Positions 49,589 to 59,794 are shown, numbered from the stretch's first letter. The stretch: DNA of 64,000 bases from Gemmatimonadaceae bacterium (GCA_013817305.1 JACDCY010000004.1:11461-75460), one strand, 5' to 3'. Numbers and translations: made by a program. The notes: a model not told the origin generated them from the letters alone.

Positions 49589-51570
49589 TGTCAAGACCGA
49601 AACACGATCGCCAGAAAGAAACGATCACAGAGCCATTGAAGCAGAAGCAGCGGCGGGATCTGGAGTACGAATTCGACGTCCTCGTCGTAGGCGCCGGCCA
49701 CGCCGGAACCGAGGCAGCCGTGGCGGCAGCCCGCCTCGGCGCAACCGTTGGCCTTGTGACGAGCGCGCTCGAGACGATCGGGCAGATGTCGTGCAACCCG
49801 GCGATCGGCGGCGTCGCGAAGGGCACGGTGGTGCGCGAGGTCGACGCCCTGGGCGGGATCATGGGTCGCGCCACGGATCTCGCGACGCTGCAGTTCCGGA
49901 TGCTCAATCGCGGCAAGGGGCCCGCCGTGTGGTCTCCGCGCGCGCAGTGCGACCGGGGCCTGTATCGCCGCGCCGCGCGCACTCTGATCGAGCAGCACGC
50001 CGGCCTGCAAACCATTCAGGGCACCGTCGCGCGGCTGCTCATGGACGGCGATTCGGTGCGCGGAGTCGAGACGCTCGAAGGCCGCCGCTTCGGCGCGAAA
50101 GCGGTCGTCATCACTACCGGCACCTTCCTGCGCGGGCGCATGCACATCGGCACGACGACGCAGATCTCTGGAGGACGCGCCGGAGACGCCGCGACGACCC
50201 ACCTCGCAGAGCAACTCGAGAATGCTGGCCTGCAAGTCGCGCGGTTCAAGACCGGCACGCCCCCCCGGATCGACGGACGCACTGTGGATTTCGGCGCGCT
50301 CGACATACAGAGCAGCGAGATCGATCAGTTCGATTATTCCTGGTCGCACTTCTGGGAAGAGCCGCGCGCGTCGCACGGCTCCACGCGCCATCCCGAACAG
50401 CTCCCCTGCTGGATCACGTACCTGGGTGCCGCGGGAAAAGAAATCATCACGCGCAACATCGAGCAGTCGGCGATGTACGGCGGCGCTATCGCGTCGCGGG
50501 GACCACGCTACTGCCCCTCGGTCGAAGACAAGATCGTCAAGTTTCCCGCTGCAGAGCGGCACCAGCTTTTTCTCGAGCCTGAAGGGCACGATACCGCCGA
50601 GCTCTACGTCAACGGCTTGTCGACATCGCTGCCGGCGCCGGTGCAGCTCGAGATACTGCGATCCATTCCCGGGCTCGAGCGTGTTCGAATGAATCGCGCG
50701 GGATACGCCATCGAGTACGATTACTACCCGCCCACTCAGCTCGACCAGACGCTGCAGGTGAAGTCGATCCCCGGACTCTTCTTTGCCGGCCAGATCAACG
50801 GGACGACCGGCTACGAGGAAGCTGCCGGCCAGGGGCTCGTCGCCGGCGCGAACGCGGGACTCCGCGCGCTCGGGCGCGACCCGCTCGTGCTCGGCCGCGA
50901 GACTTCCTACATCGGCGTGCTCGTAGACGATCTCGTCACGCGCGGGGTCGACGAGCCGTACAGACTGTTCACATCCCGCTCCGAGTTTCGTTTGACCGTG
51001 AGGCAGGACAACGCGCTGCAGCGCCTGTCACCAGTCGCGGAGCAGCTTGGCCTCTACTCCAACGCGGAGCGCGCCATCGCGGAGAAGCGTGTCGGCGAGG
51101 TCCGTGCTGCGATCGAAATGGCGGAGGTTACGAGCATTCGCCCCGAGCAGGCGGACCCGGTGTTGGATCGCGCAGGCGGTACGCCGCTCAAGCACGCCAT
51201 GAAGATCGCCGAGGTTGCGAAGCGGAATGGCGTGGAGCTCTCGAGGCTGTTCGCCGCAGTCAACACGGGAGAAGAGTTCGCGGCGGAATCGGTGCTGAGC
51301 GCGGAGCTGGAGCTCAAGTACGCGGGATACTTCGAGCGCGAGCGCGTTCACGCGGCTCGCATGACGCGAATGGGCGAGATGAGACTGGAGGACGATCTCC
51401 CGTACGAGGCAATGGCCATGCTGTCGTTCGAGGCCCGGCAGAAGCTGGCTGGCATTCGCCCGCGCACGATTGCGCAGGCTTCGAGCATTCCCGGCGTGAA
51501 CCCGAGCGACCTGCAGAACCTGCTCATCGAAGTCGAGCGGTGGCGCCGACAGGTACAGTCCAGCGACTAG
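49588..51570 (+). CDS. mnmG: tRNA uridine 5-carboxymethylaminomethyl modification enzyme MnmG (GidA)
   Basis: FDVLVVGAGHAGTEAA FAD motif, full-length homology. True start is probably the TTG at about 49636 (MKQKQRRDLEYEFDV). Confidence 0.9.
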   Translation: MSRPKHDRQKETITEPLKQKQRRDLEYEFDVLVVGAGHAGTEAAVAAARLGATVGLVTSALETIGQMSCNPAIGGVAKGTVVREVDALGGIMGRATDLATLQFRMLNRGKGPAVWSPRAQCDRGLYRRAARTLIEQHAGLQTIQGTVARLLMDGDSVRGVETLEGRRFGAKAVVITTGTFLRGRMHIGTTTQISGGRAGDAATTHLAEQLENAGLQVARFKTGTPPRIDGRTVDFGALDIQSSEIDQFDYSWSHFWEEPRASHGSTRHPEQLPCWITYLGAAGKEIITRNIEQSAMYGGAIASRGPRYCPSVEDKIVKFPAAERHQLFLEPEGHDTAELYVNGLSTSLPAPVQLEILRSIPGLERVRMNRAGYAIEYDYYPPTQLDQTLQVKSIPGLFFAGQINGTTGYEEAAGQGLVAGANAGLRALGRDPLVLGRETSYIGVLVDDLVTRGVDEPYRLFTSRSEFRLTVRQDNALQRLSPVAEQLGLYSNAERAIAEKRVGEVRAAIEMAEVTSIRPEQADPVLDRAGGTPLKHAMKIAEVAKRNGVELSRLFAAVNTGEEFAAESVLSAELELKYAGYFERERVHAARMTRMGEMRLEDDLPYEAMAMLSFEARQKLAGIRPRTIAQASSIPGVNPSDLQNLLIEVERWRRQVQSSD

Positions 51571-52511
51571 TCGCTACTCGCTCTTTCCTTCTCCACAGCG
51601 ATCGCGATCACCGCGGCTGCGATGCACGCGCCGCCTACGAGCGTAGTCCAGCGCAATCGCTCGGCGAGAAACAGAACGGCAAGCATCGTCGTGAAGAAAG
51701 GCTCCGCGGTAGCGATGATGCTGGTACGTGGAGCGCCCAGCGTTTTCAATCCACTCAGCAGCGCCAGGAACGGGACCACCGTCGACACGACCGCGAGCAG
51801 CAGTACGTAGATCCACGCCAGCGAAGTCGCGGGCGTGGCAAGCGCTGACAGAGGCTCCGCGTTCTGGCTCCACGGCGGTGACAGCAGCACGCCGGCGACG
51901 AAATACGTGAGGAGTGCGCCGAGAATGATGTAAAACGAGCCGGCGATCGGCGGAATTGCGCGCTGCAGGTGGTTGACGACCGGCAAGTACGTTGAATACA
52001 ACAGCGCAGACGCGAGTCCGAGCGCGATTCCCAGCGTGTTCAGGTGCGAGCCTGAGCCGACGCCGGGAATGCCGATCATGAGAGCAATTCCCAGCATCGC
52101 GAGCAGTAGCACGCCGCCGCGTTTGGCCGTCAACGGATCCGTACCGCGCACCGCGCCCGTGAGCGCGAGCCACACGGGATAGGTGAAGAACAGGAACGCG
52201 ACGACGCTCGCCGGCACGAATCGCAGCGCGGACAGACTCATGTACGTGCACACGGCCTGGATGACGCCGCCGATCGCGAACAATCCGAGGCCCGCGCGCC
52301 AGTGCCTCCGGACCGGCGCGTGCGCGATTGCGAACAGGACGATCGCCGCGAAGAGGAATCGCCAGAAAACGAGATTGAGAATCACCATGCCTTCGCGCAC
52401 GGCGAAGACACTCAGCACGGAGATCGATCCGAAGCCCACCGCCGACAGGAGCGTCAGCGCGGTCGCTCTTGCGGCGGAAGGGGAGATGTGCGGCGGATGG
52501 GGCGTCAGCAT
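51567..52511 (-). CDS. EamA/DMT family transporter
   Basis: Ten TM segments, duplicated EamA domains. Confidence 0.8.
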   Translation of the reverse strand: MLTPHPPHISPSAARATALTLLSAVGFGSISVLSVFAVREGMVILNLVFWRFLFAAIVLFAIAHAPVRRHWRAGLGLFAIGGVIQAVCTYMSLSALRFVPASVVAFLFFTYPVWLALTGAVRGTDPLTAKRGGVLLLAMLGIALMIGIPGVGSGSHLNTLGIALGLASALLYSTYLPVVNHLQRAIPPIAGSFYIILGALLTYFVAGVLLSPPWSQNAEPLSALATPATSLAWIYVLLLAVVSTVVPFLALLSGLKTLGAPRTSIIATAEPFFTTMLAVLFLAERLRWTTLVGGACIAAAVIAIAVEKERASSD

Positions 52512-52651
52512 CGCGACAAACTAAACGGGAGCGTACGGCGTCCTTTGTGCAGCTTTCGGTTTTGACGAGCTTGTGATGTGCACGCTTTGCCGCGACGGAC
52601 GTCATAGTGTGTGGAGCTTGTAGGTCCCTCTTTATACGGAGCAATCACGAC

Positions 52652-53389
52652 ATGCGAGCCAGATTTCTTTCCCCGATTACAGCGGTTCTTGTTGGCTTAT
52701 GTGGTGTTGTAACACCACTAAGCGCACAGAATCAAGCCATTATAGCGCCAGAAAGGCCTTCGATCAGTGTTCAGGCGCAGGGAAGTACGAGGATCACCCC
52801 TGACCGCGCAACCATTCGGATCGGCGTGCAGACCAGGGGCGCGACCGCTGCGACGGCCAGCGCCGAGAATGCGAGGGTGGCGCAGCTGGTTATCGCTGCG
52901 ATCAAGGCAGTCGGCATTGGAGCCGAGCAGATCTCGACCGTGAATTATTCCGTAAATCCGGAGTACCGGCACATTGAGAACCGCAGCCCGGAGGTCACCG
53001 GGTATACGGTGCACAATACCGTAGTGGTCGACGTGCGCCAGATCGAGCAGGTAGGGCGGGTGATCGACGCTTCCCTGGGGAGCGGCGCAAACATGATCAA
53101 CTCCCTCGATTTCTACGCTTCCAATACGGAGGAGGCGCGTAGGGCAGCGCTGGCCGCCGCGGTCCAGAAGGCCAGGCTCGACGCGGAAGTAATCGCTCGT
53201 GCCGCCGGGGGATCGTTGGGCGGCCTCGCGGAGGCGAGCGTTGGCGCGTACATGATCCCGATGCGGCGCGAGAACGTGCAGATGATGCGCGGAGATATGG
53301 CCGCGAACGCGCCAACCCCTGTGGAGCCAGGCACCGAGCTCCTCTCCGTGCAGGTAACGACTCGCTGGTACTTCGTTCCGGGCAACTAG
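52652..53389 (+). CDS. SIMPL domain (DUF541) periplasmic protein
   Basis: Signal peptide, TIRIGVQTRGATAATA...YTVHNTVVVDV pattern of the SIMPL/BP26 family. Confidence 0.75.
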   Translation: MRARFLSPITAVLVGLCGVVTPLSAQNQAIIAPERPSISVQAQGSTRITPDRATIRIGVQTRGATAATASAENARVAQLVIAAIKAVGIGAEQISTVNYSVNPEYRHIENRSPEVTGYTVHNTVVVDVRQIEQVGRVIDASLGSGANMINSLDFYASNTEEARRAALAAAVQKARLDAEVIARAAGGSLGGLAEASVGAYMIPMRRENVQMMRGDMAANAPTPVEPGTELLSVQVTTRWYFVPGN

Positions 53390-53395
53390 CGGTAG

Positions 53396-53436
53396 TGTTT
53401 CACGTGGAACGTCCCTGCGGCGTTCCACGTGAAACA
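53396..53436. promoter_or_regulatory. parS: two inverted parS sites (TGTTTCACGTGGAACg / cGTTCCACGTGAAACA)
   Basis: Each matches the 16-bp parS consensus TGTTNCACGTGAAACA at 15/16. They are separated by 9 bp, immediately upstream of parA. Confidence 0.75.
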
Positions 53437-53455
53437 GGACTCGAAAACCGCCTCG

Positions 53456-54331
53456 ATGGCTCGTCCGCGCCATATATTGGCCGCTCACTCTAGCGCGGAC
53501 TACGTGGGCCGAATCATCGCGGTAGCGAACCAAAAGGGCGGGGTCGGAAAGACTACGTCCGCAGTTAACCTCGCGGCCAGCCTCGCCGCCGCGGAGCATC
53601 GCACCCTGCTCATCGACGGGGATCCGCAGGCGAACGCCACGAGCGGGATCGGCGTCGAGCGCGCGAACATCGAGAGCACCCTCTACGAAGTTCTCCTCGG
53701 TGCAACGTCCATAGCTAACGTCCGGCATCGAAGCGTGGCTCTGAAGCACCTCGACGTCGTTCCGGCGACTCCCGACCTTGCCGGGGCGGAAGTCGAGCTG
53801 ATCGACCGGCCCCGCCGCGAACAATCGCTGCGCACAGCCGTGGAAGAGGTCCGCGACGAATATGACTTCATCCTGATCGATTGCCCGCCTGCGCTCGGCC
53901 TTCTCACCGTCAACATGCTCGCCGCAGCCGATGGGCTGTTGATCCCGCTGCAGTGCGAATACTACGCGCTCGAGGGAATCTCCCAGCTGCTAAACACGGT
54001 GCACCGCGTTCAGCACGGCATAAACGAGGATCTCGCGATCGACGGCGTGCTTCTCACCATGTACGACGCGAGGCTCAACCTCTCGCGACAGGTGGCCACC
54101 GAAGCCAGGGAGTACTTCGGCGCGAAGGTCTTTCAAACGGTCATCCCACGCAACGTCCGGCTCGCCGAAGCGCCGAGCTTCGGCAAGCCGATCATTCTTT
54201 ACGACATCGCGTCCGCCGGCGCGCAGGCATACCTCGCCGCGGCAGAAGAGCTCGTCAACCGTAGCGCGCATACCGACAAAAAATCCACCAAGGCCTCCCG
54301 GCAACTCGAGGGGGCCAAACGTGGCGAGTGA
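53456..54331 (+). CDS. parA: chromosome partitioning ATPase ParA (Soj)
   Basis: IIAVANQKGGVGKTT deviant Walker A. Start is uncertain (ATG 53456 or GTG 53504). Confidence 0.9.
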   Translation: MARPRHILAAHSSADYVGRIIAVANQKGGVGKTTSAVNLAASLAAAEHRTLLIDGDPQANATSGIGVERANIESTLYEVLLGATSIANVRHRSVALKHLDVVPATPDLAGAEVELIDRPRREQSLRTAVEEVRDEYDFILIDCPPALGLLTVNMLAAADGLLIPLQCEYYALEGISQLLNTVHRVQHGINEDLAIDGVLLTMYDARLNLSRQVATEAREYFGAKVFQTVIPRNVRLAEAPSFGKPIILYDIASAGAQAYLAAAEELVNRSAHTDKKSTKASRQLEGAKRGE

Positions 54332-55211
54332 AAAACCCGGACGCCGGCTCGGCCGCGGCCTCGACGCACTCCTTGGCTCGGCGTCGCGCGAACAATCCGC
54401 AAGCGATGGATTACGCCGCATCGCGATCTCCGACATCAAGCCCAATCCTCTCCAGCCGCGAAAAGAATTCGCGCCGCAGGATCTGGCTGAGCTGCAACAA
54501 AGCCTCAGCGTACACGGAATGCTGCAGCCCGTCACCGTCCGTACCTCGCAATCGGGACGCGGCTACGAGCTCATCGCCGGAGAGCGGCGCTTTCGCGCAG
54601 CGACAGCACTCGGCTGGAAAGAGATTCCGGCGCTCATCAAGGATGTCGACAACTCGACGCTGCTTGCATTGGCGCTCATTGAAAACCTGCAGCGGGCCGA
54701 CCTTAATCCGATCGAAGAGGCTGAAGGATACAAGCGCCTCGTCGGTGACTTCTCGATGACGCAGGCCCAGGTCGCCGAGCTCGTCGGCAAGGATCGCTCG
54801 ACCGTAGCCAACCTCCTGCGGCTGCTGGACCTCCCGGAAGCCGTGCGGCAGATGGTGCAGACCGGGCAGCTGACCACCGGCCACGTTCGGGCGCTATTGG
54901 CGCTGAAGGACGACGCCCAGATCCTGGCGACCGCGCGAAGCATCATCGACCGACAGCTGAATGTCCGCGAAGTGGAAGCCACGGTTCGCTCGGCAACCAA
55001 GCGTCCGGTCAAGCCCGAAAAGCGCGCCGATAGCGCCGACAACGCGTTCACGAAAAGCGCCGTGGACAGGCTTCGAAAGCACCTGCAAACTGATGTACGG
55101 ATCACCGCAGACAACAAGGGCCGCGGCGATCTCACGATCCGGTTTTACTCGCACGAGGACTTCGAGCGAATCCTCGAGGCGGTTGGAGTTAAGGCGGAAG
55201 AGCCGTTGTAA
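54321..55211 (+). CDS. parB: chromosome partitioning protein ParB (Spo0J)
   Basis: ParB box GERRFRAA and HTH. GTG start overlaps the parA end. Confidence 0.9.
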   Translation: MASEKPGRRLGRGLDALLGSASREQSASDGLRRIAISDIKPNPLQPRKEFAPQDLAELQQSLSVHGMLQPVTVRTSQSGRGYELIAGERRFRAATALGWKEIPALIKDVDNSTLLALALIENLQRADLNPIEEAEGYKRLVGDFSMTQAQVAELVGKDRSTVANLLRLLDLPEAVRQMVQTGQLTTGHVRALLALKDDAQILATARSIIDRQLNVREVEATVRSATKRPVKPEKRADSADNAFTKSAVDRLRKHLQTDVRITADNKGRGDLTIRFYSHEDFERILEAVGVKAEEPL

Positions 55212-55373
55212 AAGGACATTTCCACACATGTCGCAAATCGTTGCTGTGCCGCTGGTTACGCGGATTGTAGTGTCCCCTTCCGACAACTTCTCCACAGGGA
55301 TGTGGGGAGCCATGGCGTCGGCCGCGGCTGATTTATCTCTCCGCATAAATGTGACATCGCACTGGGGCTGCCT

Positions 55374-56153
55374 GTGACGCCGGTGGCCCTCTCGGTCCTG
55401 GTTCGATACCTCGACGACCTGCTCGAGACGAACGGCACCCCGGACTATCCCAACGCCGTCAACGGGTTACAGATGGCCAATTCTGGTCCCGTCACGAAGG
55501 TCGCGGCCGCGGTGGATTTCTCGGCGCAGACCTTGGCCAGTGCTATCGGCGAGGGAGCAAACTTTTTGATCGTGCACCACGGAATGTTCTGGAGTGGCCT
55601 CGAGGCGGTCCGCGGTCTCGTGTATAATCGCATGCATCAGCTCGTAAAGAACGACCTAGCCGTCTACTCCTCGCATCTACCGCTCGACCGTCATCCCCGC
55701 TTCGGAAACAACGTCCTGCTGGCGAGCGAGCTTGGCTTGACCCCGTCCGGCGGGTTTGCCCGCTTTCAAACGATCGAGATCGGCGTTCGCGGTGACGCTG
55801 ATATCGATACATCTGTGCTCGCATCCCGAGCTGCCGCATTTGCCGGCGCCCACGGCGGGAGTCTGCGCACCACGCCGATCCCGGAAGGACGCCGCACTCG
55901 CCGCTGGGCGATCTGCACGGGAGGCGGTGCATCCGCCGAGACTTTGCGCGAGGCAGCGGAACTGGAGATCGACACGCTCATCGTCGGTGAAGGAGCGCAC
56001 TGGACAGCGGTGCACGCTGCCGACACAGGTCTCGTGATTCTTTACGCAGGGCATTACGCGACCGAGACATTCGGAGTTCGCGCGCTCGCAGAGCACGTGG
56101 GCGAGCGATACTCAGTGCCGTGGGTATTTCTGCCGCATCCCACAGGGCTCTGA
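55374..56153 (+). CDS. Nif3-like dinuclear metal center protein
   Basis: NIF3 family N- and C-terminal halves (LIVHHG...). Confidence 0.75.
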   Translation: MTPVALSVLVRYLDDLLETNGTPDYPNAVNGLQMANSGPVTKVAAAVDFSAQTLASAIGEGANFLIVHHGMFWSGLEAVRGLVYNRMHQLVKNDLAVYSSHLPLDRHPRFGNNVLLASELGLTPSGGFARFQTIEIGVRGDADIDTSVLASRAAAFAGAHGGSLRTTPIPEGRRTRRWAICTGGGASAETLREAAELEIDTLIVGEGAHWTAVHAADTGLVILYAGHYATETFGVRALAEHVGERYSVPWVFLPHPTGL

Positions 56154-56159
56154 GCGCGA

Positions 56160-57083
56160 TCAACAAAAGCTGACTACGCTCGCCCAGGAGCGTCGCCACT
56201 CCCGCGCGGCGCGGCGCTCGAGCAGCAGCAGTTGCAACCCGCGGGAATCTTCGACACTCAGTACCAGGATCGTTCTGCGTAAACGACTGGAAACGATCGC
56301 CGCAAGAAGGTCGACCACCGGCACACTGTCCGCGCGCCCGGCGACGTTCCACGAAAAAACATTCTGGTGCGCGTTCCCCTCGCCACCGGTGCGCTCACCA
56401 ACCACGAACAGCCGCTCTTCGCGCGGGTCCGCTTCGGAGCTTGATGTGCGCACGAGCTCTGCGGCGACTGTGCTGACTCCCGACGCGGTAAACGAATACG
56501 CCCTGCGTACACCGAACGGAATTCCCTGAAGCAGAGAATCCGCGAGCGCTGGTACTCCCGCCGCCGCGGAGTTGATGGCTCTCACGAGCACCAAGGAGTC
56601 GGTGCCGCGCATCCCCATCAGCGAATCGACGACGATCGCGGTGACAGAATCCCGTTCCAGTGCAACCCGCCATGCGGCCGCGCCCGATCGCCGCGTGTAC
56701 GTCGGCGCCGTGATCTCCGCGGTCGGCCATGTGACGCATGAGCCGCTGCCGGATTCTGAGTCCGCGATTCGCAACATTGCCTCGCCGACCATTCCGCTTC
56801 GACCCACCAGCGCGACACGAATCGAATCGCCAGCCCTGATCGAGAGCGCGCTGTCGGCGAAGCGGCGGTCGCCAAGCTCGGGGACGACCAGTCTGTACGC
56901 GTCCTGCGTAGGCCCGATGCGCAACACGAGCGCGCGGCCGATTCCCGCCGGCCACCCTGTGATTTCGGCGGCCGATCGAGACGGCGCCACGGCGGGAACC
57001 TCCGGCGACGGGGCACGAGCCTCGGGCTCGCGTTCGTCGCAGCCGGCCAGAAGCCCGGCCGCAGCGACGACGGCAACAAACAT
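56160..57083 (-). CDS. hypothetical lipoprotein
   Basis: Start taken at MFVAVVAAAGLLAGC. No domain recognised. Confidence 0.45.
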   Translation of the reverse strand: MFVAVVAAAGLLAGCDEREPEARAPSPEVPAVAPSRSAAEITGWPAGIGRALVLRIGPTQDAYRLVVPELGDRRFADSALSIRAGDSIRVALVGRSGMVGEAMLRIADSESGSGSCVTWPTAEITAPTYTRRSGAAAWRVALERDSVTAIVVDSLMGMRGTDSLVLVRAINSAAAGVPALADSLLQGIPFGVRRAYSFTASGVSTVAAELVRTSSSEADPREERLFVVGERTGGEGNAHQNVFSWNVAGRADSVPVVDLLAAIVSSRLRRTILVLSVEDSRGLQLLLLERRAAREWRRSWASVVSFC

Positions 57084-57158
57084 CGAGCAACTCTTGGGCA
57101 CGACCGATAATTTGTGCGCGGCCAACCCCGTGTCGAGTGAGGGCGATCTCCGACAAGC

Positions 57159-58604
57159 ATGCACAAGCCACATTCGCTGCCCATAGAGACCACTACCGGC
57201 GATATAATCGCCGTTCGCGCCCCTGCGCGCGAGCGCTGGAGCTGGATCCTGTACGATTTCGCGAACACGATCTTCTCTATGAACGTCGTGTCGCTGTTTT
57301 TCGTCGTGTGGCTGGTCAAGGATCTGGGCGCCTCCAACACCGTCGCGATGATCGGCTCCGTGATCGCGTCGGTCCTGGTCGCGGTCTCGATTCCGGTGTT
57401 TGGCGCCATCTCCGACGCGAGGCAGCGGCGCAAGCCATGGGTGGTCTGGTTCACGCTAATCGCCGTGGCCGCGACCGCCATGATTGGCGTTCTGAGCCAG
57501 ACCATCGTGCCGCTGTCGGGCGAGAGCGTGATCGGCGGGCTGCCGCCGGGTTCCGCGGCGGCGAGCATTTCTAGCGGGGCGCTGGCGGTGATCATCATCG
57601 CGTTTATTGTTGCGAACTACGCCTACCAGGGCGCCCTCCCGTTCTACAACGCGATGATGCCCGAGCTCGCGCCCGCGAGCGAGTGGGGGCGGCTGTCGGG
57701 GCTGGGCACGGCGATCGGGTACGTGGGCTCGATCACCGGGGTACTCATCGGTACCGCCTTTTACACGGGCTCGATCCCGCTGCTGGGCGGCGTTCCGGAA
57801 GCACTGATGAGCGACATCCGCGCGATCGTGCCGTTCACGGAGCATGGCGGTCGCGTATCCACGTTCATCCCGACTGCGATTTTATTTTTGCTGTTCTCGC
57901 TGCCGCTTTTCTTCTTTTGCCGCGACCATCGCCCTGCGATCGAGAAGCGCGCGATCGGATGGAAGAAGGCTTTCAGCGATGTCATCACGACGTTCCGCGA
58001 GTCGCGCAAATACCCCGGAGCCACGCGGTTCATCGTCGCGTCGTTCCTGTACCAGGACGCCATGGGCACGATCATCGGCGTAATGGCGCTGTACGCGGTC
58101 GAGGCGATGGGATTTGCCGAGGGCAGCGAAGCGATCCTGTTCGTGGTGCTTACGGTCCCAGCGGTGATTGGGAGTTATGCCTGGGGGTATCTCGCTGATC
58201 GAATCGGGCCCAAGCGCACGCTCGTCACCGTGATCACGTCGTGGATCTTTCTGTTGGCGGCGATGATCGCGGCGCCTACGCAGACTTCATTCTGGATCGT
58301 TGGCGTGGGAATTGGTCTGGTATACGGCGGTGTCGCCGCGACCGAGCGGCCGCTGATGCTGACGCTGATTCCCGAGCGCGATGCCGGACGGTTCTTCGGG
58401 TTGATGGTGCTGTCGGCGCGCGCGGCCGCGATCGCTGGCCCGCTCATCTGGGCGTTCACGGTGGACGGGCTCATGCCATCCATGGGCAAGGGATTCGCCT
58501 ATCGCGCCGGCGTCGTGACTGTAGGTTTCGGAATGGTATTAGCGCTTTGGGTAATGCGGAAAGTCCCGGACAGGCGCGGATATTCGGAACGCGAGACGTT
58601 GTAG
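57159..58604 (+). CDS. MFS transporter (UMF1/Atg22-like)
   Basis: 12 TM segments, MFS-type loops. Confidence 0.8.
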   Translation: MHKPHSLPIETTTGDIIAVRAPARERWSWILYDFANTIFSMNVVSLFFVVWLVKDLGASNTVAMIGSVIASVLVAVSIPVFGAISDARQRRKPWVVWFTLIAVAATAMIGVLSQTIVPLSGESVIGGLPPGSAAASISSGALAVIIIAFIVANYAYQGALPFYNAMMPELAPASEWGRLSGLGTAIGYVGSITGVLIGTAFYTGSIPLLGGVPEALMSDIRAIVPFTEHGGRVSTFIPTAILFLLFSLPLFFFCRDHRPAIEKRAIGWKKAFSDVITTFRESRKYPGATRFIVASFLYQDAMGTIIGVMALYAVEAMGFAEGSEAILFVVLTVPAVIGSYAWGYLADRIGPKRTLVTVITSWIFLLAAMIAAPTQTSFWIVGVGIGLVYGGVAATERPLMLTLIPERDAGRFFGLMVLSARAAAIAGPLIWAFTVDGLMPSMGKGFAYRAGVVTVGFGMVLALWVMRKVPDRRGYSERETL

Positions 58605-58646
58605 CAAGGAACGCTTTCCCGCTCGACCAACAACAAAGGAGATGCA

Positions 58647-58823
58647 ATGCGTAACTCGGGTAAGGCTCCGACGATGGCGGTATACCTCATTTCCCTGGTT
58701 CTGTTTCTCGTTGCTGTCGCTGCGCATTTCGGGCTGGTCCGGGTTGGTGAGCCGGTCGCAAGTTGGTCCTGGATCGGCGGCTTCGCCCTGTTGTTGATCG
58801 CGTGCCGGGTCAAAGGACTGTAG
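58647..58823 (+). CDS. small 2-TM membrane protein (58 aa)
   Basis: AGGAG RBS 5 nt upstream. MRNSGKAPTMAVYLISLVLFLVAVAAHFGL...IGGFALLLIAC. Below the ORF-track length cutoff. Confidence 0.4.
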   Translation: MRNSGKAPTMAVYLISLVLFLVAVAAHFGLVRVGEPVASWSWIGGFALLLIACRVKGL

Positions 58824-58831
58824 CCGCGCGC

Positions 58832-58858
58832 CTACTCCTTCGTCTTTAATGAGTAGTT
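58832..58858. repeat. repeat R1 (core CTACTCCTTCGTCT + TTAATGAGTAGTT)
   Basis: The 14-mer core is identical to the polA stop region (R4). The tail is identical to R3. Confidence 0.7.
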
Positions 58859-58903
58859 AGACCGACGCTGTTCAGTGTACGCTCACACTTCGCACGGATC
58901 CCA

Positions 58904-59422
58904 ATGCGCTTGAAGATGCCTTTCCGTTGGCCGGCCGCGGCCGTGCTATTCGTGCTCGCGTGTGGGACTCCAGACTCCCGCGTCGAATCGGCCTCCACAG
59001 TTGACGAGAACAAGGCGGTCGCCCGCCGCTTCTTCACTGAGGTGTGGGGCGGTGGATCGGAGAGCGTCGCCCAAGAGTTGCTCGCGGACTCCTACGTCGG
59101 ACACATGACGGGGAATCCCACCCCGCTGGATCGGGCGGGCTGGCTGGACTTCTTTCGTGCGTTTCGGACCGCGTTCCCGGACGCCCAGTTCACCATAGAA
59201 GACATGATTGGTGAAGGCGATCGGGTGGTGCTGCGCCTCACAATGCGTGGGACCCATCGTGGGATGTTCAATGGCATTCCGCCGACGGGCCGCTCCGTCG
59301 TGGTCACGGGGGTGAGCATTGAGCGTATTCAGAATGGGCGGATCGTTGAGGGCTGGGTCACAAATGATGCGCTCGGCATGCTCCAGCAGCTCGGAGTCGT
59401 TTCGGGGCCGCCGAAGTCGTAG
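58904..59422 (+). CDS. SnoaL-like ester cyclase family protein, secreted/lipoprotein
   Basis: Signal peptide plus KAVARRFFTEVWGGG and the ester-cyclase fold pattern. Confidence 0.7.
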   Translation: MRLKMPFRWPAAAVLFVLACGTPDSRVESASTVDENKAVARRFFTEVWGGGSESVAQELLADSYVGHMTGNPTPLDRAGWLDFFRAFRTAFPDAQFTIEDMIGEGDRVVLRLTMRGTHRGMFNGIPPTGRSVVVTGVSIERIQNGRIVEGWVTNDALGMLQQLGVVSGPPKS

Positions 59423-59686
59423 GATTGGCTTAGCGATAGGACGCTGGGTAAACGCCAATCGCCAAGGTAGGTTAAGCCTATGTGGACATTGTAAGCCGGA
59501 GTGACCGCGACAACCACGGCGTCGGCTCGCGTGGCGGTGGCTTGCTTACTCGTTTCGGCCTGCGCTCGCGCACCTCGAAAGAATCGGCTTGGTCAGCGAA
59601 CTGACGCGAAAACGGCGCGGTCGCGTGTTCAGTTACTCGCGCTATGCGAGGATTCTCAACGAGGGAATGGCGCTCCCGCGATGACA

Positions 59687-59722
59687 CTACTCTCTCGTCT
59701 CCATCCAGTTTTTGCCGACATT
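59687..59722. repeat. repeat R2 (degenerate copy of the polA 3' end)
   Basis: ctactctctcgtctccatccagtt vs polA ctactccttcgtctccatccagtt, with weaker similarity for about 12 more bp. On the minus strand it encodes ...VGKNWMETRE*, against polA ...VGKNWMETKE*. Confidence 0.7.
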
Positions 59723-59779
59723 GTCAAAGTACAGCCTCCGCTTGCAACGATTCGTGGGGCGCCGCAGTATATCGTGACT

Positions 59780-59794
59780 GTCTAATGAGTAGTT
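59780..59794. repeat. repeat R3 (gtctaatgagtagtt)
   Basis: Near-identical to the R1 tail. Sits about 18 bp upstream of the MOSC start. Confidence 0.65.

Noticed and set aside
56572-57186. Plus-strand 204-aa ORF
   Set aside because: It overlaps a minus-strand ORF that has a proper lipoprotein signal peptide. The plus-strand ORF is judged spurious.
59427-59478. Possible integron attC-like site (GCTTAGC ... GTTAAGC) after the ester cyclase gene
   Set aside because: It is only about 52 bp, the inner L repeats are not convincing, the second boundary lacks a GTTRRRY core, and there is no intI or attI. The att-repeat accretion interpretation fits better.
59501-59785. 94-aa ORF with signal-peptide-like start between the ester cyclase and MOSC genes
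   Set aside because: It contains repeat R2, which is a degenerate polA end, and has no RBS. It is more likely a non-coding remnant of the integration junction.
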